Part shown: positions 1 to 12,500 of the stretch, in pieces
Position numbering within the stretch: the stretch's first letter is position 1
How the letters are laid out: every line of letters starts with the position of its first letter
Assembly (NCBI RefSeq): GCF_020745735.1
Contig: NC_083431.1
Span: forward strand, 45,536,496 to 45,600,495
Length of the DNA stretch: 64,000 nucleotides
Reading direction: 5' to 3'
DNA from: Hemiscyllium ocellatum
Taxonomy: Eukaryota
The notes under the pieces: generated by a model
Database searches by the model: none
Told to the model about the DNA's origin: nothing
Seen by the model: only the letters and a program-made list of their open reading frames with translations
Position numbers and translations under genes: made by a program

Positions 1-670
1 ATCAAGGATGCATTTGACCGAGTGTGGCATCAAGGAGCCCTGGCAAAACTGGAATTAATGGGAATCAGGGGTCAAACACCCCACTGGTTAGGGTCACACC
101 TGGCACAAAGGAAGATGGTCGTGGTTATTGGAGGTCAGTAATCTCAGCTCCATGTCGGCTCTGCAGAGTTCCTCAGGGGAGTGCCCTGGGCCCAGCCACC
201 TTCAGCTGCTTCATCAATGGCCTTCCCTCCATCATAAGGTCGGAAGTGGGGATGTTCGCTGATGATTGCGCAATGTTCAACACCATTTGCGATGACTCGG
301 ATACTGAAGCAAACCAGATTCAAGTGCAACAAGATGTGGACAATGTCCAGGTTTGACTGACAACTGGCAAGTAACATTGATGCCACACAAATGCCAGGCA
401 ATGGACATCTCCAATAAGAAACAATCTAATCATTGACATTCAGTGGTATTACCATCACTGAATCCCCCACTATCAATATCCTTGGAGTTACCATTGACCA
501 GAAACTGAACAGGACTTGCCATGTGAACACAGTGGTTACAAGAGCAGGTCAGCGGCTGGGAATAATGTGGCAAGTGGGTCAACCCACAGCAGGTGGGCTG
601 CAGCTGTTCACCTTCACAAGGGCAGTTAGGGATGGGCAATAAACACTGGTCCGACCAGTGATGAGTGAAT
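1..670 (+). mobile_element. Decayed LINE (CR1/L2-group) RT fragment plus 3' tail
   Basis: Translation includes VPQGSALGP..F..FIN and MFADD reverse-transcriptase motifs with frameshifts. Ends in GGGCAGTTAGGGATGGGCAATAAA, a tail shared with copies at ~49085-49505 and ~63655-64000. Confidence 0.8.
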
Positions 671-1544
671 AAAAGATAAAGGCTGTGATTGCAGTCCTGG
701 GGTCAATCCCAGGGGCTCTGTTCAATATCCTCCAGTACTCTTTTCTCCCACCCCCCAAACAAAACTGGTAGTATATTAATTGTATGTCGCTGTGTGGGAG
801 TCCCTTGTATTTTGAGTGCCTTAGTGTAATAGCCATTATTTACAATCCCGCCATGACTGAGATTTTAAGAGGCATCAGAGTTGAATCAGGTCCTGCTGGC
901 AAAGAGAGAATTTGGGAATTGGTGGCATAAAAGGTATTCCAAAAATCTTCGAACTGCTTGTATGAACATCCAAACAAGAATAGGACCTTGGAACCTTTGA
1001 ATGTTCTCTGTCTCTCAATAAGATTGTGGCTGATCTGATTTTAACCTCAAATCTACATGCCTGCATATCCCTGATAATCTTTCATCTTGGTAATCAACAA
1101 TCTATCTACCTTTGCCTGAGAAATATTTAAAGAATCCACTGATTTCTGGGAAATGAATACCCCAGACTGAGAAAAAATGTTTCCTAATTTCTGTTTTGAA
1201 TGGACACCTTTTTTACATGATGACCTCTATTTCTCCCACAAATGGAAACATCCTCTAGACATCCACCTAGTCAAGTCCCCTCGGGATTTTGTATGTTTGA
1301 GATGGTTGAGGTAATGATGGCTTGAAAATTGATGGGCAGGCCGTACTGATGGGCATGGATAAGTCGCCTGGTCAAGATGGCTTGTGCCTCGGTTTCCTGA
1401 GAAATGTGGGTCGGACTTGTCGTTGAAACCGTTCCTAAATACAGGAGGAGGGCCAAAGGATTAGATAGCAATCAGTGTGACTCACTTGCTTGTGAAAAGA
1501 GCATCAGAACATAGCTAACAATTACAAACCCAGTCATTTTAACA

Positions 1545-2930
1545 TTGGTGTTGGACTGAGGTTCGGAAACAATATTTGGATAAAAGTAATTGAGAAGTGA
1601 GTTATTTAAGGAAACCTCATGTGGATTAGTAAGAGACAGATAGTCCTTGATGAACCTACTGATTTTACTGAAATGACAGAGCAAGTTGATGAAGAGAATG
1701 CAATGGATATTGTCTGAATGGAATTTAAGAAAGCGCTTCGACAAAGACTGGTATCAAAATTGCGACATGTGGAATAAAGGTATCCGTGGGCAACTGGTAG
1801 AAACGTTGAGCATAGAAAACAAATGGGTCCCAGGTAGTTTGCGGATAGGAGGATGGTAGACACTGGCTCCTGAAGGTTCAGTGCGAGGACCACCATGTTT
1901 TACATAAGTGATTTTGGATATTGCAACGCGGTCAAATCTCCAATGATACTAAATGTAGAGGTGTGACAGATGGTGAAGATGATTACAGTGGCACTAGTAG
2001 TTGGACAGACAGGCAACTAATGGACTGTAGCACAGAAAGCTGTGAGGTGATTTTGACCGAGCCAGTGCAGACTCAGTGGCAGAGTTTGAAATGTGTGCAG
2101 AGGTAGTGAGACCTGGGGTGAGGGGGAAGAGGAGGGGGAGGAGGGAGATGTACAGTGCCCTTTGTGGGTGGGAAGACATTATTGAGAACGCAGTGAGAAA
2201 AGGGTATGGGATTTTTGGGCTGCCTGAAAAGATTGAGTCCAATAGCAAAGATGTTGTGCTGAACTTTTCTAAAGCTGTGCTGGGCCACAATTAGAATGTT
2301 GAGTCTTGTTCTGGTCACCACGCTGTAGAAAGGATATATGAGGCTGCTCGAGAGGTTATAGTGGAGATTCATCAGCCTGATCCCAAGGTTGAAGGAATTT
2401 AACCACCACGTTCGGTTTTAGAAGCTGGGAACAGCTATGTTCACCTTGGAACAAAGGAGAGTGAGGGGATCTCTCATGGAGGTGTATGAGATCATAACAA
2501 GTTCAGAAATCTAGATCAGAAAAGCAATTAATGCTACAAATCTCAGTAACACAGAATTAATCATAGAATCCCTACTGTGCAGATAGAGGCTGTTCGGCCC
2601 ATCAAGTCTCCACCGACCCTCTGAAGAACATCCCACCCACACCCATACCTCTATTCTATCATTGTAACCCTGAATTTCTAATGGCTAACCCACCTAGCAC
2701 TGGATAGGCATGTTTTTCCTTTTAAAATGACCTTTCTCAGCAGCACATTGTAACAATTGGGATTGAGATGCTCTTGAGGGAGGTGCAGGGTGAAGACTAT
2801 CACCAGTTTCAGAAGGTCCTTGCAGGAATAAGACATGCAGCAGTTACAAGGATGGAGTGAGGGAATGGGACTGACTGGAATGCTCTGTAGAAAGTCACTC
2901 AGCTAAAAGGCCTCCTTTCTCCACGTTATG
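1545..2930 (+). mobile_element. Old CR1 LINE ORF2 3' region, heavily decayed and interrupted
   Basis: Degenerate pieces such as 'KKRFDK' and 'IESNSKDVVLNFSKAVLGH' parallel the intact CR1 at 6345-8009. Confidence 0.7.
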
Positions 2931-3476
2931 ACCTGCATCATGACACGCATTATTTGAAAGGTACCCAAGCATTGAATCTTTGGGGATTTTTTAAATTTTG
3001 TCTTTCTGTTTCATTGATACTGAGAACAATTACAACACCAGTTCTCTTGCTGAAACTGAGCTTTGCTAATTTATAGACCAAGGGTCAAAGCTGCTATCTT
3101 CCTGGCAGGGCTACTGTCTAAATAAACTTGCAGTGGTATTGAGATTGGCCTGTTATCTACTGTACAAAGTACTTGTTCACCATTTCCGGATCAGGGGTTT
3201 AGTACAGATTTAGATAATATTCTCATATGCAGCACAGTCACTATGATAAAATAAAGAACTGTCGATGCCAGAAATCTGATAAAATCAGGGAATTGGTGGA
3301 AAACTCACCAGATCTGGTAGCATCTGTGGAGAGAAAGTACATCACTATGATTCACGCTGTGAGTGCCCATTAACCTTAAGTTCTGATAAACCTGTGTGAC
3401 GCTCAGTTTATTGGTGATTCCAATGTTTTGAAGTAGGTTGTTAAACCTTCTTTTGCCTGTTTTTGTTCTTGTGCAG

Positions 3477-3566
3477 GGTGGTAGATTCTGTATTCAACTT
3501 CCTCTTGGTATGGTACTACTGTACACTTACAATTCGAGAGAGCATCCTCATCAACAATGGATCCAG
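3477..3566 (+). CDS. TMEM120A: TMEM120A coding exon (90 bp)
   Basis: gtgcag|G GTG GTA GAT...GGA TCC AG|gtaaga; [29 protein letters not shown]. Confidence 0.95.
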
Positions 3567-6500
3567 GTAAGAGGTGGAACACTGGAAAACCCAGCAAAGT
3601 TATCTCATCCCTCTGACTTTTTGGGTGACGGTGATATATATAGTGGTCATTCACTGGACTAGAGTTCAGCTAACTGCTCAGTGGGCATGGGTTCAAATCA
3701 CATGACAGCAGCAGAATTAAAATTCTTTAATCACTGGGATTGAAAGCTAGTCTTTTAATGGTGGCTATCAGTGTCATAAAACCCCATCTGCTTCACTAAT
3801 GCCCTTCTGGGAGGGAAATCTGCCATCCTTATCCATTATGGCCTACATATCTCTCCTGACCCACTGCAATGTGGTTGACTATTAACAGCACTCCAAGGAC
3901 AGTTTGGAATAGGCAACGAGGGCTAGCCTTCCATGCGAGGCTGACATCCTGTGAACTTAAAACAAAAAGCACCAAAGAAAATATTTGCTCTTGAAAACAA
4001 TCTCTTTTTAACTTCTGGACACTAATGACTCCATTTCAACAAGGCTTATCACCAATTTGTCAATATTGCTGGGTACCTCCTGAGTTTTCCCTTTGTGATT
4101 TTCCTGAGTGCTTTTTTGCTTATGTTTAATATGAAATTCTTTTAATTGTGTTGAAATCAAAATCTATCGCAGTGTCTCTGCAAACGTACTGTTTCCTTGG
4201 AGTTTAGAATTCTCTGCCGTTTGACAAGCACTTTTGTTGCTGCCTGATCATACAGTCAGACAACACAGAGACAGACCCTTCGGTCCAACCAGTCCATGCC
4301 AACCATAATCCCAAACTAACCTAGTCCCACCTGCCTGCTCTTGGCCAATATCCCTCCAAACTTTGCCATTCATGCACTTATCCAAATGTATTTTAAATGT
4401 TGTAATTGTGCCCACATCCAATACTTCCTCAGGAGATGAGCCGCCCGCTGTAAAAAAAAAATTGCCCTTTATGTTTTTTTTAAACCCTCTCTCTTTTCAC
4501 CATAGAAATGTGCCTCCTAAATCTTGCAATTCCTCACCTTGGGGAAAAGACAACTGCCATCAGCTGTATCTGTATCCTTCATGATTTTATAAACCTCTCT
4601 CAAGTCACCCCTCAACTTCCTACACTCCAGTGAAAAAAGTCCCAGCCTGGTGAATCTCTTCAACTTTAAACTATCTCTTATCCTATGAGCCTTTTTCCTT
4701 GCATTCTCAGTTTTAAAATGAAGCAGAGGTAAATACAGATTTGATTCAGATGGGGACATTCCCATATGTTATTAGGATGCATCAATCCTGTTGTTACAGT
4801 ACCACAAACAACTTACACGCGCAATCTAGAAGCATCATTGTCTGCTCCTAATTTCTTTCATGAAAACAAAAGTGAAAAGGATGAAATGAGCTTGGGCTGC
4901 ACAAAGATGTTTTGTATACTATCGTCCTCCTGCAGTTTCTCTGAATCTGTTACTTCCGTTTTGATGCTATGAGACTGTGTTCTTCCTTTACCCATGCTGC
5001 GAGTTTCCTTGTGAGCATTAGACTGTGGAAATAACACAGCAGTCTTTAACACACACAATTAAAAAAAAAACACAAAAGAAGACTTCAGATGCTGGAAATC
5101 AGAAACAAAAGAGAAATTGTTGGAAAATCCCCTTAGAGCTGGCATCATCTGCAATCTTCAACTGGCCTGCAAATGCTCACACTTCCCAGTAGAGGTCACT
5201 AGATAGCCTTTCCACTGTCCAATGGCTACCTGTAGGACTCCAAACCCATTGGGGAGCCATTGATAATCCTAATATATTTTAGTCATCTCCTTTGTATCCT
5301 CTTTTTTTCTCACACACTCCCAGCCTCTTGCAAGGCTAATGCTTAAACCCAAAGTGTCTCAAGTCTTCTGTTGTTCTGATTTAGTTAGCATGGTTGTGAA
5401 TTGAAACCTGTTTAGAATAGGCTTTATTAACACATGTACTCACATCTTAGGTAGCAAGGTTCAGCAACATCAGAACAAATTCTTCAGGGGGGAAAAAAAT
5501 AGAAAAATAAATAAATAGAAAGTCTAGCAATCAATTAGAAAAACAGAGAAATGAGAGTTCAGAATCGCTCTTTAGTATTGTGTGAGACAGTTTCTCGATC
5601 TGCTGTAGAATATAATTGTCATGTTCTGATTGAGATTTTTATTTATGTTTCCACAGGATTAAAGGCTGGTGGGTAATGCATCATTATGTTTCAGCCTTCC
5701 TGTCTGGAGTTATGCTGACCTGGTAAGTACAGTCTAATGAAACCGTAGCAATGTACAATGTGGGGAAGTTGAGAAGCGGATTTTTGAATAACCCACTGTG
5801 GTTTAATGCTTTATCTCCCCTTGTGTCTGTGGTGCTTGTTACTTAGTTTGGATTCTTTCTTCCAAAACTATTGAATCTGATCCTCTCTCAAATTTTTACT
5901 CAGTCATAATAATGTAGGAATAATGGCACTGAAGAGTGAAGAATCTCCCCAACCAGACATTCTCCATCTGAGTTTTTTTTGGGGGGGAAAAGACACAGGT
6001 GAAAACAATGTAGGCGCCCAAGCTACTTTCTCCCAATTCTGAAAATGTTCTTTAAATTAGAAAATCACTTGTGTTTCTCCACTGTTAAAGCCCACTGCAG
6101 TGAGGAAATCCTTTCTTTCTCTTCACACTCCCAGTAGCATGTAAGGTCCCTGCTTTGGCCTGTATCCATCATGTGACTTCTCCCTGGAAACGGTTGCTAT
6201 CCTGCCATCAGAGGGAGTAGCTTGTGAGGGATGCCATGTTGTGTCAAATATGGTCGCCCAGGAGACTTGCCTACTGTTACCACCTATTGGAATGGTTTTC
6301 AGACTGATCACCTGACTGGCTGTGTTACAAATCTTGAATGAGTCTTGAATGAGTACTTTTCTTCAGTATTTACGAACGAGAGGGACCGTATTGTTGAAGA
6401 GGAGAGTGTGAAACGGACTGGTAAGCTAGAAGAGATACTTGTTAGGAAGGAAGATGTGTTGGACATTTTGAACAACTTGAGGATAGACAAGTCCCCTGGG

Positions 6501-9500
6501 CCTGACGGGATATATCCTAGGATTATGTGGGAAGCAAGAGAGGAAATTGCAGTACCGTTGGCAATGATATTTTCGTCTTCACTGTCAACGGGGGTGGTCC
6601 AGGGGACTGGAGAGTAGCGAACGTTGTGCCCCTGTTCAAAAAAGGGAATAGGGATAACCCCGGGAATTACAGACCAGTTGGTCTTACTTCTGTGGTAGGC
6701 AAAGTAATGGAAAGGGTACTGAGGGATAGGATTTATGAGTATCTGGAAAGACACTGCTTGATTAGGGACAGCCAGCACGGATTTCTGAAGGGTAGGTCTT
6801 GCCTTACAAGTCTTATTGAATTCTTTGAGGAGGTGACCAAGCATGTGGACGAGGGTAGAGCAGTGGATGTAGTGTACATGGATTTTAGTAAGGCATTTGA
6901 TAAGGTTCCCCATGGTAGGCTTATGCGGAAAGTCAGGAGGCATGGGATAGAGGGAAATTTGGCCAGTTGGATAGAAAACTGGCTAACCGGTCAAAGTCAG
7001 AGAGTGGTGGTAGATGGTAAATATTCAGCCTGGAGCCCAGTTACAAGTGGAGTTCCGCAGGGATCAGTTCTGGGTCCTCTGCTGTTTGTAATTTTTATTA
7101 ATGACTTGGATGAGGGAGTCGAAGGGTGGGTCAGTAAATTTGCAGATGATACGAAGATTGGTGGAGTTGTGGACAGTGAGGAGGGCTGTTGTCGGCTGCA
7201 AAGGGACTTAGATATGATGCAGAGCTGGGCTGAGGAGTGGCAGATGGAGTTCAACCCTGACAAGTGTGAGGTTGTCCATTTTGGAAGAACAAATAAGAAT
7301 GCGGAATACAGGGTTAACGGTAGGGTTCTTAGTCAGGTGGAGGAACAGAGGGATCTTGGGGTCTATGTACATAGATCTTTGAAAGTTGCCACTCAGGTGG
7401 ATAGAGCTTGTAAGAAGGCCTATGGTGTATTAGCGTTCATTAGCAGAGGGATTGAATTCAAGAGTCGTGAAGTGATGTTGCAGCTGTACAGGACTTTGGT
7501 TAGGCCACATTTGGAGTACTGTGTGCAGTTCTGGTCACCTCTTTAGGAAAGATGTGGCAGCTTTAGAGAGGGTGCAGAGAAGATTTACCAGGATGTTGCC
7601 TGGAATGGAGAATAGGTCGTACGAGGATAGGTTGAGCGTTCTCGGCCTTTTCTCGTTGGAACGGCGAAGGATGAGGGGTGACTTGATAGAGGTTTATAAG
7701 ATGATCAGAGGAATAGACAGAGTAGACAGTCAGAAACTTTTTCCCCGGGTACAACAGAGTGTTACAAGGGGACATAAATTTAAGGTGAAGGGTGGAAGGT
7801 ATAGGGGAGATGTCAGGGGTGGGTTCTTTACCCAGAGAGTGATGGGGGCATGGAATGCGCTGCCCGTGGGAGTGGTAGAGTCAGAATCATTGGCGACCTT
7901 TAAGCGGCAATTGGATAGGTAGATGGATGGGTGCTTAATCTAGGATAGATGTTCGGCACAACATCGTGGGCCGAAGGGCCTGTTCTGTGCTGTATTGTTC
8001 TATGTTCTAAATGCACCCTCTGTGGCCAAGAAGCCCCTGAAGGGGAAAGTGAACCTAATGTTTTCTGGCCTGAAGGTAAAGGGACACTACCACTGCACCA
8101 CCGTGTCTTCAGGAAAGGTTTGGGAGTATAGAATTAAGGATGGAGCTTTCATCTGATTAGAGGGAGCCAATGTGGGTTTGTTAAGACAGGGAAATGTTTG
8201 TTGAAAGAAAAACAGAAGTTGCAGGAAAAGCTCAAACAGCATCTGTGAAGAGAAATCAGAGTTAAAATTTCGGGTCCGGTGACCATTCCTCAGAACGGGA
8301 AATGTTTGTTGATGTAGGCTGCCAAAAGACAGTAGCTGGAGCTGAAGCAAATGGGAATAAAGACAAATGATTGGCTTATTGAGGAAACTGCTGCATGGTG
8401 GGATTCAGAGCATGGGAGTGCCATGGGTGCTCTGAATGAAAGCAGCAGGTCTGAGGTTAGCAGTTCAACAACACTTCCCCCATGTGACCAATGTGGAGCT
8501 CCAGACCCTGCATTCTGAGTGATACAGCCTTCCACTGTATCATCCCAACAGTGAACACCTGGTCCAAACTCTAATGACAGGAGAGTGTCTGTCTGTACTA
8601 TTTCAAATGTAACTTCAGTACTTTTACAAAGGCAAGTGAGGCCATGAGATACAGATGATATTGCATAACCTGGGCTTTATTTCTAAGGAACATTACATAG
8701 AAATGTCACTCCTTTCTCACTGTCTCCCCCCACACACTCTTTCCCCCCCCCCCCCCACACACTCTTTCCCCCCCTCCCCCACACTGTCTCCTCCCTCTCT
8801 GTCTCCCCTTCACTCTCTTTCTCCCTCCCCCCACTGTCTCCCCCCCATTGTGATTGTGTGTCTCTCTCTCTTGCTCTCCTTCACTCTCTTGTGCACTCTG
8901 TCTGTCTTGCTCTCTGTTTCACTCGTGCTGTCCGTTGCTCTCTCGTGCTCAGTCTCTTTTCATTCTCACTTGCTCTCTCACTCGTGCTCTCAATCTCTCG
9001 CTAGTTCTGTTGCTCTTTCTTGCATGCAGTCTCGTTCTCTCCCCTGCGAATGTCCCCTTGGTCTCCAAGAATAAGACAGCAGAGCCCTGAAGGGACAGAG
9101 GGAGGGAATTTGGGAGATGGCAGTGTCTACACTGTGGACTCTGGATGGTTGCTGCTGTGTATTGATAACCTGGCGTGACAATTACTGAGGTTAATGACTG
9201 TTTAACCCACACACAGCTGATCAGCCTTCATTCATCAGGTACAGGATTCCTGTGGAAATCCTCACACACCCATCAATGCCCCCATTACTGATTCACCTTT
9301 GTCTTTTTCAGGCCCGATTCAAAAATGTATCAGATATTTCGAAACCAATTTCTTTCGTTTTCTATGTATCAGAGTAAGTATATTCAGTGTTCAACTTCCT
9401 CTTTTTCTTTCTTTTCTTATATAAAAAATATTTTATCTAATTATTCAGTGCCTTCTGCTCAATTCCTACCTCCTGAAGATTCCCTTTTGCCCAGTGGTAT

Positions 9501-12500
9501 AAGATATACACTCCTTGTCAGCTCTGGGGTGAGTGTTGAGAGCATGTAACTATAGGTCAAGTACAAAGTAATCCTACACCGAGTGCGGTGATGTTTCTGT
9601 TCTGTTTGTCAGTGTGACATCCCTCTATATCCAATCTCTCCAATCTCCACCTTGTGTTTTCGATTGGCTGCGGTCTTGTGTTGCCGTGTTTTTGGGAAAT
9701 GGAGTGTAAGGGCCTCGAACACAAACTGGACACAGCCATATATCTGCAAAGGGGGCCAGCTCAGAGCAAATTAAACCCCCCCTCCCCCCGCATGGCAATG
9801 GTGCAGCCCCAATAATTCTCCAGCTATTGGCATGAGGGGTCCGTGGTGTAAGAGTGGTCATCAACATAGCAGCAGCTGGACTCTTCTCACGCAGTACTGA
9901 GTCCATATTGTCCAAGACACCATCCTTTTAGATGTTTGGGAGATTAAAGATTCCCATAGAATCGTTTGAGTTCTTCCAGAGTCGTGATCCACGTTCTTCT
10001 CTTCTCCTTCACGATCACCAGGAGTGAGCTGTTAGCTGAATAGGACAGGAAGAGCTAATTGGGCTTTCTGCGTGGTTTGCCTGTACTGGTCTTGTGATGG
10101 GACAAGAATGGGATTCATTGGCCATCCACGACAAGTCACTGAATCAGCAGAAGTTTGGGAGTGATCTCCTTCCCCATATCTTTTGGTGAACTTGCATCCA
10201 GAGTGACCGCCCCTTCTGAAACACAGACCCCTTGATCGATGTATAATCGCAGAAAGTTTACCTTCTAAGAAAATCGATCTCTTCTGTACCTGCCATCAGC
10301 CTCTGCCATTGTGTTCCATTCAGAACAATACTGACTCCAAACTACTCTCCGTACAATCTTAAAAAAGTGTCAACCTTTTAAAATGGGAGAAAGGTGAGGA
10401 TTGCAGATGCTGGAGATCAGAGTTGAGAATGTGGTGCTGGAAAAGCACAGCAGGTCAGGCAGCATCCGAGGAGCAGGAGAATCGATGTTTTTGAGTATAA
10501 GCCCTTCATCGGGAATTCCTGGTGAAGAGCTTATGCCTGGAATGTCGACTCTCCTGCTCCTCGGATGCTGCCTGACCGGCTGAGCTTTTCCAGCAACACA
10601 CTTTTAGTCCTTTTAAAGTCTCACCAACAGAGGCTAATCTTGGTGAAACAGATGTGAGATCTTGACAAAAGAATTCCTATGAAGAACAATGTGCTATAAC
10701 TGCTTTGAGTTGTCAACCAAGTAAACTGTTCACTTGTCAGAACAGAATTTTGACTGAGCTGATGGTTTAACTGGTCTGGGTTTACAGTGAAGTAGATTGG
10801 AACTGGGTCAAATCCTGACTGGGGATGTGTGTGAGACTTTTAATATTGAGTGGTCATGGAGGCCATGATGGCTTATGAGAGGGACTTGGGTGAGAGCTAT
10901 TAACATACTTTTGGATAAGTTCTCAAATCCAGGTTCACATTCCTCCTGAGAGCTCCTAAATCTCACATCACAGTGAAGCTGTCTCACTCTGTGATGATTT
11001 GGAGATGTCAATGTTGGACTGGGGTGTACAAAGTTAAAAATCACACAACTCCAGGTTATAGTCCAACAGGTTTAATTGGAAGCACTACCTTTCGGAGTGA
11101 CGCTCCTTCACCAGATGGTAGTGCTACGATCACCTGATGAAGGAGCGTCGCTCCGAAAGCTAGTGTGCTTCCAATTAAACCTGTTGGACTCTAACCTGGT
11201 GTTGTGTGATTTTTCACTCTGTGATCATTGCAATGTGTTAGGACACATTGTAATGGAGCTGGTCAGGTCAGGCCTACAAGGTGTGGACTTGGAACCTGGA
11301 CCATGAAAATCATTGCTGCTGGAAATCAGGTCATGAATCCCGGTGCATATGCTTCAGCAATAATCCAGTCGAAGTGCCAAATTTAGTATTTCCTGGTTCA
11401 GCAATACAGCAAGGGCCAGCAGCAGCCTGTCCAGTTCCTGTTAGGAGAGGGATATACAGGGGTTGCTTTCTGGCTGTGTATATCTGGGCTGTCAGCTCGC
11501 TCACTCTGTTTGTTTGTATTGTGTAGGCTTTGTGCAGTTCCTACAGTATTATTATCAGAGTGGCTGCCTGTACAGACTCCGAGCCCTGGGAGAGAGACAT
11601 AACATGGACCTGACGGTAGGTGAGTGCACTCACTTACTCTGTGATAATTGGTATAGCAATGGGAGGGCGCTGGTATGGAATGTGAATAGTCTGTTGGCCA
11701 TTTCCTACCCGCACTCTGATTACTAATTCCACTTCCACTTAGGTATTAAGTTAAATTAATTTGATAAAGAGTTCATCTTTAGTGGATGATGTGTGTTGGT
11801 GATCTAGATGAAGTTAACCAGTGTAAAGTACAGTTACAGTCTGTCAATGGCTGCTAGAACTGCTGAAGCATTGTAAATGATCCAATTGATTTCCTCATTC
11901 TCTTCCCACTTAGACCCTTTAGAACAAATTGATCCTGAACAGCCTGTGATGTTAAATTACTTAGTGATGATTAACATAACCATGATGCTGTTAAAGGTTA
12001 GGTCTGGGTCCACCACACTCTGGATCTGTTTGAGCTGTGGTATGACTGTTCAAGCCCCCTCCTTCTGAGTTCCTTTTCTGCTGCTGCTGCCCCTGTAGTG
12101 CCCGCAACTTTTCAGTGACCCTCCCCACCATGGAGCTCCATAATGTTCCCAATTTACTCCCAGAGCTTATGACTTCAGAAATGCCCAGGACCTGGTGGAC
12201 CCTACACACTGGTCATGTAGAAACCAGCCTGTGTGACTCGCTGCTCTCTCCTCCTGCCTGAGCTCCCAATTCCCTCCTATTCATTCCGAGCTCTGATCCT
12301 ACTGACCCACACTGCTGACACCATTCCCTCAGTGATTCAGTCCCATGGAGCCTAACCACAGCCGTGAGTTGCTAACTTTCCCTGGAACACTATGGGCTGC
12401 CCTTTTGATAATTATCTGGTGAGCAAGTGCTCAGGGCTGACCCTGACTCATCGTCTAGACTGATCCAGCAGGGCAGCCCCAGGATAGAGCCTGACCAGCT

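Noticed and set aside
6308-7263. Antisense ORFs (211 aa, 88 aa) that recur at 30690-31369
   Set aside because: They are the reverse frames of CR1 ORF2; recurrence reflects two copies of the same LINE.
8655-9212. Overlapping Leu/Ser/Pro-rich ORFs
   Set aside because: Translation of a CT-rich low-complexity tract.
10384-11213. Hairpins as DNA-transposon MITEs or conserved pre-miRNAs
   Set aside because: Arms are asymmetric, TSDs vary in length (7-16 bp) and the sequence carries PLE-type termini with hammerhead motifs. No miRNA family was recognised.
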